Notes: a model not told the origin generated them from the sequence alone. Counted from the whole stretch's first letter, positions 1-11,727 are shown. The stretch is 63,341 nt of DNA, filler included, from Intoshia linei (GCA_001642005.1; 13 parts of 13 records of this genome joined end to end with filler, not necessarily neighbours in it), one strand, 5' to 3'. Translations and numbers: made by a program.

Positions 1-1
1 A

Positions 2-1171
2 AATAATATAAAATTAAAAGAATTATTTATCAATATAGGTAAACCTTTACCATCGGAAAATAACTGTCGTAGTAAAGTTGACCTATTATATTCGAATGAA
101 ATTGAAAGAATTAAATTGTGTTACTCAAATCAATTGATATTGATGATGTTGGATGAGACAGATTTAAATGGTGTTAAATATGTTAATGTTATGGTTGGTA
201 CATTAGAAAACCCTCAGAAATTAATGCTATTCGATTGTAAAAAAATTGATAGTAATATGAATGACTAACTTGTACTGCACACTATTGATGATGCCGTTAA
301 AAGTTTAGGTATACATCGGGAACAATTTGTTTTATTCTTAAGTGATACAGCTCGGTAATTTCACTTTATTTATTTACTCATCTTTGTTATCTGATAAATT
401 ACGTTTTTATATTAAAAAAAATAATATACATTATATATATATGAGATGACTAGTTCATTAGATAACAATTGTATTTTGTATATATATATTTATATTAGAT
501 ACAATACATTGATCACATCACAATTGAAAATGCTGTATCCAAATTTATTCCATGTTACTTGCATAAGCCATCTAATGCATAACTGTTGCATGAAGCTTCG
601 ACAAAAGTATAAAATCGTGGACGAACTCATCACCAGCGTAAAATTTCTTACATTAAAGAATAAATCGCTTCGCAAATTGTTTTATAATATTGGTTATCCA
701 CCCAGACCAATTATTACGCGGTGGGGCAGTTGGCTTGAAGCTAGTGTGTATTATATAAATAAATTTGAATTGATTAAAATAATTATTAATGTTATACCAG
801 GAAATGGTGTGATCATACAACGAGCAAGGAAGGCAATATTTGTAGTTGGATTATATGAGAAATTAATTTAACTCAATGGTTATACATTTATAATAGATGT
901 GATTAAATTGGCAAAAGACTCATTTAACATTAATAAAGCATTTGAAACATTACAAAATTTAAAATTTGTTCCAGATCCATGCAAAATACTTCATTACATA
1001 GAAAAAAGGTTGAAAACCAATGACATTACAAATATAATGATGGCTTTGAATAAATCTAAGCCTCCTTCACTGTACAGTACATTAAGAAATGGACCATCAA
1101 CATCTAATGGAATAGAGAGAAGTTTTAGTATGTTGAATAAACTCTTAACAAAACAGAAATTTTGCACATAA
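2..1171 (+). mobile_element. Decayed hAT-superfamily (DUF659/CGGBP1-like) transposase with a spliceosomal intron at 355-498
   Basis: The frame from nt 2 reads ..MMLDETDLNG..FLSDTAR|YNTL..HVTCISHLMHNCC..PPRPIITRWGSWL..PSTSNGIERSFSML. These are the hAT D, D, CxxH, TRW and ERSFS motifs. A GT..AG intron restores the SDxARY motif. There are in-frame TAA stops at ~266 and 869. Confidence 0.85.
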
Positions 1172-1309
1172 AAATGTAAAGAAATGTTTAATGTACCATA
1201 ATAAAGTATAAAATAATACTTTGTATTATTTGTATGACTTTCCAAGTAATAGTTACTTTTGTTAATTGATGAAGCATGAATTTAACTAAAAACAGTTTAT
1301 AAATTTTTT

Positions 1310-1680
1310 ATAGGTTAATAAAGTTACAAATTTTTTTATAGGTTATAAAAAGTTTGCTCTAATTATAATTAATATTTTTCAAATGTTGGATAAAAATGTA
1401 AATAATCATCCTAAAATTTTAAAAACAAAAAAAGTGCATTGAACGTCTCATTTCCAATAAAGAAATATGAGTGGAAATCTACATAATTAATTCTTTCGGA
1501 TTTTTTTTCATTGCTATGAAATTTTTCATTATCAAATACATAAGTATTCATTTTCATAAAATTTAAAATTACTTTCTACAAAATTTTATTACAAAACTAC
1601 AACGAATTACTACAAAGTACAACTTTGTTATTACCATTTTTATATTTATTACATTGGTTTCCAATGCTGGTAAATTTATC
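1310..1680 (+). mobile_element. Internal/3' fragment of the non-autonomous Helitron family
   Basis: Similar to 29700-30020 and 60670-61000 (gtgcattgaacgtct..tttccaataaag..aaactacaacgaattact). Confidence 0.7.
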
Positions 1681-1794
1681 CGACATACATATATTTATAT
1701 ATCATTATATGTATATTATATACATTTCTTCATTTTATTTATCCCATTCATTCATCATTCTCATTCGCCTTCCCATTCATCATTTCTGTCGGAA

Positions 1795-2099
1795 AAGAGC
1801 TTTAAGGGAACAAACTTAATGATTTGACATCCTAACAGTCCTGACTTAAACCCAATAGAAAATTATTGGAGCATGATAAAGATGTAATAAACTTTATAAT
1901 GTTTTAATAATACATTAAATATACCATTTAGAAAGTTATATGCTGCTGGGACTCAGTATAACTCCCTGGAGATGCTATGGGATGCCATCAAGCAGCCGTC
2001 TAGTTCAATTCTACCAGAACGAGTCAAAAAGTTGACCGATTCAGTGGATGGTAGGCTTATTAAAGTCTTACAACTTCATGGGAACCATATTAAACATTA
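1795..2099 (+). mobile_element. 3' fragment of a Tc1-like (TRT/DD37E-type) transposase with a 48-nt intron (1884-1931)
   Basis: Reads LMI*HPNSPDLNPIENYWSMIK[intron]KLYAAGTQYNSLEMLWDAIK..KKLTDSVDGRLIKVLQLHGNHIKH, containing the SPDLNPIE motif. Runs into the gap. Confidence 0.85.
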
Positions 2100-2199
2100 N
2101 NNNNNNNNNNNNNNNNNNNNNNNNNNNNNNNNNNNNNNNNNNNTTAATTAATTAANNNNNNNNNNNNNNNNNNNNNNNNNNNNNNNNNNNNNNNNNNNN
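2100..2199. other. Artificial assembly gap linker N44-TTAATTAATTAA-N44 (first of 12)
   Basis: Identical 100-bp linkers with a palindromic six-frame stop at 2100, 4555, 8895, 11480, 21402, 23374, 36700, 47884, 51481, 55670, 58109 and 61952. They explain the ORFs ending in XXXXLIN. Confidence 0.97.
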
Positions 2200-2253
2200 A
2201 TTATATTTAGTGTTCATTATGATTATTTATCATTGATAACATTTTTAATTTAG

Positions 2254-2355
2254 AATGCAAAAATAGAATACCTAAATGTACAAAATGTTCACCAATAGGA
2301 GCCGTATGCTTTAGATGTGAAACGAATTATAAATTAAGCTATACTAAATGTCAAG
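2254..2355 (+). CDS. Isolated cysteine-rich (furin-like/CxxC repeat) exon, phase 1-1
   Basis: tttag|..CKNRIPKCTKCSPIGAVCFRCETNYKLSYTKCQ..|gtat; 102 nt with 6 Cys in a C-x6-CxxC-x6-CxxC-x3-Y-x-L-x4-C pattern. Confidence 0.6.
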
Positions 2356-3137
2356 GTATATATATAATTATATCAAGTTACATTTTGATTTTAAAAGTTA
2401 ATAAAATTACATAGTGAAACAAATGATTTTAAAGTACATTTTTTTAACATATAAATATGGTTATATCAAAAATTATTTACATTAACTTGCAATTTAACAA
2501 GTCATTTTAATTTTATATGACATAGATTGATATAGTATTATTATTATGAGAATGCCAAAATTTCCTAAAAGTCGATTTGAAAAGATATCAATTTAAAAAA
2601 AAATATATTGCAAAATAAAAATTTACTTTTGTCAATTTGAAGTTTATATTTTGTAATTAGAAAATTTTTATAGTTACATAATTTTGTTTCATAAGTTACA
2701 ATTTTTTTATTTTATAAGATAAACCGCCCTATTAATAACGTTTTATCTTATTTTTTCATTCATTTGTATATTTATTTAGAAACTTAAATATTATATTAAA
2801 GTTATTTATATAGTAAATGCACTTTGTGTTGAATCTGATATGAAAATGTAATTTTGCATACAAATTTACTAAGAAAATTGGGTCAAAATTTTAAAAAACG
2901 TGTTAAATTCATATTTCACCACTTTAATTCAGAAATTATGACACAAAAAAATACCACGTTAACCGAATTTCACAAAAAATTCTTGACAATTTTTCACAAA
3001 TGTTGTTTTCTCACTTTTTTCTAAAAGAAATCAAATATGATAATATCAAAACTGATATCATTCTCAATTGACATGAAAAAAAGCGCATTCAAACAAGGTT
3101 AAGCTAAGCAATTTCTAATTTCTAATGCAAATTTTAA

Positions 3138-4446
3138 ATGGGAAAAAAACGACTTAAATATAGAAGAAAAGAACCAAATAGTTGGTTTAATGGCAAGAGG
3201 AAAAAGTACTCTACAAATATCACGATGTCTCGAACGTGATCATCGCACTATTAAAAAATGGTTAGAAGATCTGTCTAAAAAGAATGATAGGTCAAATAGT
3301 GGTCGAAATAAGATACTTTCACCTAAACAATTACGAATTCTTAATAAAAAAGTGTTTGTGACACCACTTGCGACGAGTTTAAGATTATTTTCGGCTTGCA
3401 ACATAAGAGATGTGCCTAGAAGCAGTCGATGTAGGGTTTTAAAATCTGTTGCATCTGTTATAAAATTTCTTAGAATACCGATTTTGAAGACTATTCACAA
3501 AGAAAAAATGATGAAATAGGCTAGAACTAATTTAAAGACAAATTTTCAATCCGTAATATTTATATAATAATAATAATAATTCGTGCAACTCTTGGTGGCC
3601 CGGATCCCGGATTGCTGGTCAAAAGGTTGAATACTAAACAACACTAAAGTACAATCAGTAATGCGTCGTCAGCAAGGTGTTGGTGGTGTAATGTTTTGAG
3701 CAGGCATAATCGTTAATGAGGTATTAGGGCCAATTAGAGTTCCCAATGGCGTGAAAATAAATTCGAAGTTGTAATAGTTATTATTATGATATTTAATTAC
3801 ACAGAATTTATGGCTCAACACTACATTCCATGGTTGAATTCGAAGAACGAAAATTTTAAAAATAATTGCATATTTATGCATGACAATGCACCTTCACATG
3901 CATCGTGCTATACGCGATCATTTCTCTCAGAAAATGGCATTATTGGAGAAAAATTGATGAATTAGCGCCCTAACAGTCTGGATTTAAACTCTATAAAAAA
4001 TTACTGGAGCATAATAAAAATGTAACATTGAAATTACCTTAATAATTATTTAGAAAATTATATTCTGCTGGGACTCAGTATAACTCTTTTGATCTACTTT
4101 GGTATGCGATTGAAAAGGTGTCTAAATTTATCATGCCAGAACGTGTCAAGAATTTGACCAATTCGGTCGATGGTAACTACATTAAACATTAGAACTAAAT
4201 TTTAACGATCTAATTCATCAAATTTAGTATGATTCATTGCATTTGCATAATATTTTGTCACACTAACATTAACTAATAAATCTATATATTTATTTTAATT
4301 TTAATTGCTTCAAATTTTTTCCTTTTAATTACAAATAATATCACATAATGTCAAGTACATTCTATCTAAAAATTGACAATTTCTCTAAACTTTTAAGTAT
4401 ATTTTTGCGAGTTTTTTAAATCTGCATAATATTTTGGCACAGAGTG
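3138..4446 (+). mobile_element. Decayed Tc1/mariner DD37E (TRT-like) element with intron(s) and a right IR/DR terminus
   Basis: Contains an HTH region (GKSTLQISRCLERDHRTIKKW), RATLGGPD, RRQQGVGGVMF*AGI and MHDNAPSH..DLNSI(K), with 37 residues between the second D and the E position. Intron at 4022-4053. Right end is TGCATAATATTTTGGCACAGAGTG|TA, with an inner repeat at ~4244-4262. Several stops and frameshifts. Confidence 0.88.
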
Positions 4447-5368
4447 TAGTATAATATGTATAATAATATTGTAAATTTTATTTAAAAAAATTCATGACAT
4501 TTATTTTGCCCATCTAAACTACATCATCTTTTCTTCTTTAAATTTTTCATTATCNNNNNNNNNNNNNNNNNNNNNNNNNNNNNNNNNNNNNNNNNNNNTT
4601 AATTAATTAANNNNNNNNNNNNNNNNNNNNNNNNNNNNNNNNNNNNNNNNNNNNGAAATCTACGCATTCCCGATGAAAAATAATTTTTAATATATTATTA
4701 ACAAATATTTTTCAAATATTTTAATTAAATTATAAATTGAAACTATAAATATTAATTTTCAAATTTTAAATTAAAAAATTTAATTAGTAAAAATTTTTTA
4801 CATACCAGTACTGGTCTGCGGACCGGCACTTTGGAAAAGCTGTCCTAATGCATATGTAATATATTTTCAAGTTTTTTGAAGGATTCATGAAAGACTACTG
4901 AGTTCCTTATAATTATTTTATCAAATTTAATTACAAATTTGTACAAATTTATTTAAAATAAATTTAATGTAATAATTAAACCCATTTAACTAAAATAATT
5001 ACTGGTTTTATTCATTTTTATTAATAAAACACTGAAATTATTGTAGCACTACGATAATTGCACATTAATTGTAAATTTTAAATTTTAACTGAAAATAAAG
5101 ACAAATATTTTTGTCCCAACTGGCAAAAATTAAAATTGAAAACTGAAAATTTCATAAAAATAAAATAATGTAAATATTTATAAAATGAGTGAATTAATTA
5201 ATTAGTGGGACAGTTATTTTTTTCAATTTTTAAAAATTTAAGTATCTTCAGTATAAATATTAAGAAATTTAAATTTAAGACACTGAGAACAGAAACTACA
5301 TTTAAATATCTAAAGTAAATATTTAAACAACATTTTACTCTGTTTAAAATATAGCTTTTTAAATTTAC

Positions 5369-8154
5369 ATGGAAGATCAAGAAGTGATTAACAGTTCAAC
5401 GATTTTGAGGAAATCTAAAAAAGGAGCTCTTTCTATTACAGTAAAGTATTCTCGAACGATATTCTATGTGATTGTAGCGATATTTGTCATCGGTATTATG
5501 ATTTTGGGAATACAAATTTACAACATTAAACATCCTGAATTTCATTTTGATGTATAATTTTATCAATGTAAATTAAATTATTTTAAGATGTTGCGATATA
5601 CCGAAATTAGTTATATCGAAAAAATAAGCAATGTCAAGTGTTTCAATGTGAATGATTTGGCTCTACTTAAAAACGACTTAAATTTAAAACGCAACAAAAT
5701 TCAACTTGATAGCCAATTTGGAAAATGGCCTATTCTAAAATATAAAAAACCTGATCATTTTTATAGTTACAATGCTAAAGCCTCAGAAAATAATGGTATT
5801 CAATTCATAAAAAATTTTATTTCATGTTACTACTTGTGGTAAAAATTTGGTTAAATTTAAAACTTTTACAAATCAAACAAATGTTGGATGCGTTTCAAAT
5901 ATATAATACTTTTATTTCCAAATTTTAAATTATAATGTAGATATTCTCATCAATTTAAATGTTAATGGAAAAGGAAACAAATATTGCATAGTAAACTTTC
6001 ATTATATTGCAAATGATGTAAACAACAACGATTGTGTGAATTTGAAAGGATCAGATCATAGTATTAATAATATACGTTCTCTGGCTGAAGTATATTTTTT
6101 AAATGTCTTTTTAATATATGAAATTTTTATTATAATTATTTTTATGTTTATGTTCAAATTTTTATTTAGATAAACATTATATTAAAAAATAAAAAATATA
6201 ATTTGATTGGGGAAGCTACAAAGAAAATTGATGGAATCATTATGATTTCCATTTTGATTGATTTAAAGAAAGAAAATAAGGTACAGAATTTTTTTTTAAT
6301 GCTTTTTATATAATTTTTTGATAATTGTGTATCATTCAACCCCATCTTCCACGTATGGATTGGCACTTATGTCACATATTTCGCAAAAAAGTGAAAAAAT
6401 GCACACCCCTAGTGTACACTGTACAGATGTACAAAAAAAAATAAATAACATCAATTTTTTTTGCACCAAAAATTTTTCAAGTTAAAAGTGAATCTCATAT
6501 TTAAAGTACACGTGGCGGCCCAGAATTGTTGTGTTTAGTCATTTTGCAAATACATTAATTTAGGAAAAAGCAAATAGTACTTACATCGATTTGATTGATT
6601 TTAAAGAAGACGTTGATGTGTACAAGTTTTTACCAGGTTATAATAATATTTATACCATAATATTAGATTATAATTTTATTACAATTTTAGTCGACAAATC
6701 ATATTATGCTTATTCTGAATATAATGGTATTTATGTTAATCGAATAGTGCTTAAAAATCAAATTGAAATGACTGCAGAAGAGGTTATTATAATCATTTTA
6801 AGCTGCATGTATGTCTTAAACAGCTATGACTTTCATCTCAACATTATTTTCGTTTTTAGGGTTAGTTTAAAGCAGTGGTTCCCGATTCAAATAGTGTATA
6901 AACCACAATTCAAAATTATTTTATGTTATTTTTTTTGACCCATAGGAAACATGAAATATAAAATATTTATTAAAAAATAAAACGTTTTTCTCACACAATT
7001 GGGTATAACCATGTTTTTCAAAAAAATATTGGAAAAAGAGGATATTTTCCTATATTATTCTCATTGGTAAAATTGGATTTTTTATTTTGGGGTTTGATTA
7101 AGTGGATTTTTATGGATTAAATCAAAAGTTCCCACACTTTTTCACGGTGGACCGGTAATAAATTACAAAATGTATCCAGAACTATTAAAGCGAAATTACT
7201 TGACAACCTTAAAAAAATTGATAAAAAACGTAATAAATTGACTTTTAATTAGTAAAAATTTTACTCGGACCAATACTGGTCCGCGAAGCTGTATTTAGGG
7301 AACGCTGGTTTAAATTATAGTAAATTTACAAATGTTAATACAGTTTATGTCCTAATTAACAGAATTTCAAAATTTTGACAAACCAAAAATTCCGTTAACT
7401 AAAATTTTATATAGTATGTGAAGATATAACATATCGAATATCTAAGTTATCAGAATATCTAAGTTTAATTGAAAAAATAAAAGTCATGACTTCAAGGATC
7501 TCTCCATCGGCTCTAATTGATATTTATAGTCTTGAAACAAAATGTCACAAGATTATCTCAACTAAAAAAAGCAAACCAAAATATTCCAATATTTTCAAAA
7601 ATCTGATAAATTTATAAATAAAAAATATTAAATATTAAATGTAAATAATTGTTTAAATTTCAGTAACTAGAATTAACATTTTATAAATTTTGTTTTATTG
7701 AGCGATATTAAAAAAATCTAAAAATAGCTTCTCTCTATTTCACTTATTTGAATAACTATTATAATTCATTATAAACATTAACATGTATTTATTTAGTATT
7801 CACAATCTCCAATAAAGAAATATATCTCTTCATAGCTATATTTAATAATTTTAATGACGTTTCTATAGAAAAACATCGCTAAACAGGATGTTTAGCGAAA
7901 TTCCTAAATTTTTGAGTTTCAAAAATTCCGTTAAATATGACTTAGACTGTAGTAGCAATGAAATTTTATTTATAAAAACTTAAATTTCATCACGGGCTCA
8001 AGGATAAAGAGTCTTTATTAAGGACCCTACTCCTCTATTGCAATATTAAAATGTACTCTTTTAGATTAAAAAGATTAAAATTATTAAATATCGAACAAAC
8101 AATAAAAATAAACATGTCGATAGAATTGTAAATTACGAAACTTATAAAATATAA
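5369..8154 (+). CDS. Type II membrane protein with a divergent, probably acatalytic alpha-carbonic anhydrase-like domain (7 exons: 5369-5551, 5588-5795, 5941-6089, 6170-6280, 6564-6636, 6691-6782, 8065-8154)
   Basis: All junctions are GT-AG and phase-compatible. N-terminal TM helix (IFYVIVAIFVIGIMILGI). Colinear CA-like motifs: YCIVNFHY (QFHFHW), GSDHSINN..AEINII (GSEH..ELHLV), DGIIMISILI (GLAVL), FLP..SYYAY (LLP..YYTY), VNRIVLKNQIEMT (VxWIV..PIxIS). Confidence 0.65.
6873..7307. mobile_element. hAT (Buster/Charlie-like) MITE in the last intron of the CA-like gene
   Basis: Termini CAGTGGTTCCC / GGGAACGCTG; 8-bp TSD GTTTAAAG / GTTTAAAT. A related 3' end lies at ~4800-4842. Confidence 0.7.
7341..7949. 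mobile_element. TA-flanked Tc1/pogo-type MITE
   Basis: TA|CAGTTTATGTCCTAATTAACAGAATTT ... AAATTCCGTTAAATATGACTTAGACTG|TA imperfect terminal inverted repeats. Confidence 0.6.
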
Positions 8155-8275
8155 TTGAATGTTTTAATGTATCGATTAAATGTTATTTTAATATTTTAAA
8201 TATATCCTCTTTTTATTCACATATTATATTGTTACATTATAAAATTTATAATAAAATAAATACATATAGTTTATA

Positions 8276-8894
8276 CACTCCGCGACAAAACTATAGCACA
8301 TTTAAAATTTTGATATTTCCAAATTATCTTTAAAAAGTAAAATTTATTACATTACGAAATCTTTTAAGTGTCATTCAAATAAATATTTTACCATCGAAAT
8401 TATAATATGATAAGTAAAAAAATAATAATGACTAAATATTGAAAATATAAGTATTTTATGTGTGACAAAACTATAGCACAATTATCATTTTAAATTTTTA
8501 TTTTTCATAAAATGATAAAAATATATATACTGTTTAATAATGCGTGTCGCCACCAGGTAACTTTATAACCTCAAAAATCCTGTCTTCCATGCTAGAAATG
8601 GTAATTGCTGGTATGGATGTCCAGGCTTTTTCAATTGCCGTTTTTAACTCAATTAAATTTCTATATTGTGTGCCATTCTTATACATCATGCGAGAAAAAA
8701 CTACCTGTAAGTTTTCAATATGATTTAGATTTGGAGAGCATGCCGGCTATCCCAAAACATTCAACCTCTTTGAATTTAGCCACCTTTTTGTTTCTTGAAA
8801 TTTATGGATTGATGCATTATCCTGCTGAAATATTTTGAATGACCTTCGACAGGGTAGTAGGTAGTTGTTTAAGACGTCAATATAAACTTTAGAA
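8276..8894 (-). mobile_element. 3' part of a Tc1/Tc3-like DD34E element with an IR/DR terminus
   Basis: Minus strand reads IFQQDNASIH..*PACSPNLNHIENL..MYKNGTQY..ELKTAIEKAW..SMEDRIFEVIKLPGGDTHY*, with D-34-E spacing. The terminus is TA|CACTCCGCGACAAAACTATAGCACA, with the inner repeat GACAAAACTATAGCACA ~180 bp inside. Confidence 0.85.
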
Positions 8895-8994
8895 NNNNNN
8901 NNNNNNNNNNNNNNNNNNNNNNNNNNNNNNNNNNNNNNTTAATTAATTAANNNNNNNNNNNNNNNNNNNNNNNNNNNNNNNNNNNNNNNNNNNN

Positions 8995-9046
8995 CCTTTT
9001 CCTTTTCCTTTTCCTTTTCCTTTTCCTTTTCCTTTTCCTTTTCCTT
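8995..9046. repeat. (CCTTTT)n coding microsatellite (poly-KE)
   Basis: Perfect hexamer tandem abutting the gap. Confidence 0.9.
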
Positions 9047-10602
9047 TTTACTTTTTTTCTTATCTTTGACGCTTTTTTTTGATTTTTTCCTTTTTTCGTC
9101 ACCACTATTTTTAGCTTCATCGTCCACTAAAACTTTTTCACGTTCATTTAGAATGAAAGTTTCACATTTTATGTCTCTTTCCGATTTTACGGTGGCGGTT
9201 TCTTTTATTTTAGTTTCCAATTGTTTTTCTGATTCGTTATCTTCGTTTTTCTTTTTATTTTTATCATTTTCAGTTTCTCTGTCGTTATCAGGTTCTTTGT
9301 AAGTTTCTCTTTCTAAAGTTTTATCCATGTCCTTTTCTTCATCTTTCAGTTCTACTGAAGTTGAATTTTCTACATTTTTGGTTTTAACCTTTTTTAATTT
9401 TTTTTCTTTTTTTTCTTTTTTCACTTTCTCTTTTTTATCTTTCTTTTCCTTCTTTTCATTCTTTTCCTTTTTTTTATGTTCACTTTTAGCTTCAACCGAG
9501 TCTTTCTTTTCTAGATCATCATTTAAAACTAATTTATCGTTAGCAACGTTTTCAGGTTGTGTGATGTTTTTATTAATTTTTTTTTCGTCGTTTTCAATGG
9601 TTTCAATGTTTTCTAAATTTTTATTCTTATTTTTTGTTTCTGTTTCTGCTTCTTTTTCAGTCTCAGTTTTATTTTCAATTTTTTCATCTTGATTATTTGC
9701 ATTAGATTCTTGTATTTCATTTTTTTCTTCTTCGATAATTTTGAGGTCAGAGTTTTTAGTGACTTCAAATTTTTCATTTGTGATATTATCAGGATCTCCT
9801 CCAGAAAGAAATTTTGGTTTTTTTCTAAGAGTATTAAACATCATTGAAATTCTAGTCCTAGTGCTATTTTTGATTGTCAAGCCACTACCCATATTATCTA
9901 TTTTAGTGCATTTTTGTTTTTGTTTAGTACTGTCTTCACTAGTCAAATCTTCATGCTTATTAGACTTATTTTTACTCTTGGGTGCAAAGAAACTGAAAAA
10001 GTCGCGCATACTTTTCCTCTTTTTAATTCGTTTATTTGATTTATCTTTTGATTTATCTTCATTTTCAATGTTTGAATGAATTGATAAAGATTTTTCTAAT
10101 TTTGATTTAGGGTCACTTGAAACTTCTACATCAGTAGCACTTTTGTATTCTTTGAGGTGTTCCAACCTGTTTATGTTTGATTCTTCTTCGTTTTCATGTT
10201 CATTTTCGTTAGCACTGTTTTCTTTTTGAACATTCTTCATCTTTAAAACACTGGAAAGAGAGACACTGCTATTGGTTATATTTGATGGTAATCGAGATAA
10301 TTCACATTTTATTCCTATTAATGGTTGTAATGGATAATCTTCGCATATATTAATTGATAAAACGTTATTCATTATTTTTGAAATGTAGTTAAATTCAATA
10401 TTTTGGTTTTTTACAAAATTTATAGTTAAATTATTAATTTCCACACTAGATTTTATTTAACCAATATTTATTTATGTATTTACCTTTTCAAAATGTCAAC
10501 TTCGTATTTATATTCAAATTTATCTTTTAGTTGTAAAAGACGAGATACAAATTCCACCACTCGTGTGGATTCAAATATTATACTCCCCTCTTTATATTTA
10601 TC
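8995..10602 (-). CDS. Partial gene: globular segment (possible myosin-I TH1-like) followed by a long Lys/Glu-rich low-complexity tail; exons 10484-10602 and <8995-10445
   Basis: A 38-nt GT-AG intron (10446-10483) joins DKYKEGSIIFESTRVVEFVSRLLQL.. in frame to the ~480-aa ORF, which ends in (KE)n at the gap. Confidence 0.7.
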
Positions 10603-11373
10603 CTAAAAAGTTATAAATAAATAGAAACATATAATAATCAATATTGTCATGATATAAATAGACTATTTCCCTATGATGAGACATAATATTGAAACATTTT
10701 TCAACATGTTAATTTACAGGTAATAGTCGATTAGTGACTTTATTAAATTTTGGAGGAATTAGTTATTAACTCATAATCTATGATCTATCAAATTCTATGA
10801 GTATTGTCTTGAATAACGGGTGGTACCAAGTCAGTTATTATTAACCATGTCATGTACAAAACACATCATGCATCATGGCATATCTCAAGATAGAAACAGG
10901 TAGAGTTAATCCAAGTTAGCTGGACAAGTATAATGTTGTGGTCAACAAAAGATATATAAATATAAAATGTTATAGTTTCGCAGATTTTTTAAGATTCATT
11001 TATTAATAAAATCTAAAAAATGAAAATTTACTTTAATTTTGTTCACATATATTTTTTCAATAATTATTTTAGAATTTATCAATAAAAGCCACAAATTAGG
11101 TTTTTCTTTGGTTTTGTTGAAATTTATTAAATATTTTCAATAATTATAATTATCAATTTATGAATAAACTCTAAAAAATAAAACTTTCACTAAATTTAGT
11201 AAATATTTTCATAAATATTCTAAACCATCTAAAAATAATAATTTTCATAAAATGTATGCAAATTTTATTTTATTCAATAATTATTTTAGAATTTGTCAAT
11301 AAAAACTAAAAATTAGGTTTTTCTTTGGTTTTTTTTAAATTTATTAAAAAATTTTAAAAATAATCTAATTATA

Positions 11374-11479
11374 TCCTTACTTATGTAATATGCTACGCGA
11401 TTTTTGTTTGTATATGTGTGTTCAGCTTTATTGAAATAACTACCAGTCTTAGAATTTTATAAAGTCCACATTTCAATTA
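11374..11479 (+). mobile_element. Helitron family 5' end, truncated by the gap
   Basis: A|TCCTTACTTATGTAATATGCTACGCGATTTTTGTTTG family start. Confidence 0.8.
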
Positions 11480-11727
11480 NNNNNNNNNNNNNNNNNNNNN
11501 NNNNNNNNNNNNNNNNNNNNNNNTTAATTAATTAANNNNNNNNNNNNNNNNNNNNNNNNNNNNNNNNNNNNNNNNNNNNAATTTATATTTTTATTTCGAA
11601 ACTATATTATGGTTAATTGAACCTGCGAATAACATAGTGATATTTTTATCAAGTTAATTTAAGTCAAGTTAAAATTCGAATATTTTTCTTAAATATACAC
11701 TTTAAACGTAAAAAAAATATATCATAG

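Noticed and set aside
2144-2155. Recurrent palindrome TTAATTAATTAA as a biological motif
   Set aside because: It is always centred in exactly 44+44 Ns; it is an artificial stop linker.
1824-8750. Alternative genetic code (TGA/TAG = Trp, TAA = sense)
   Set aside because: Both TGA and TAG occur at Trp sites, only in frameshifted transposon relics. Host genes use TGG for Trp and TAA/TAG as real stops.
9066-10079. Phe/Ser-rich plus-strand ORFs (9066, 9327, 9741)
   Set aside because: They are antisense shadows of the Lys/Glu-rich minus-strand ORF.
10645-10947. Possible solo LTR (TGTCA..ACA)
   Set aside because: No target-site duplication and no second copy in the window.
11056-11350. Direct repeat of ~85 bp as duplicated exons of the K/E-rich gene
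   Set aside because: No consistent splice sites or frame; more likely a local non-coding duplication.
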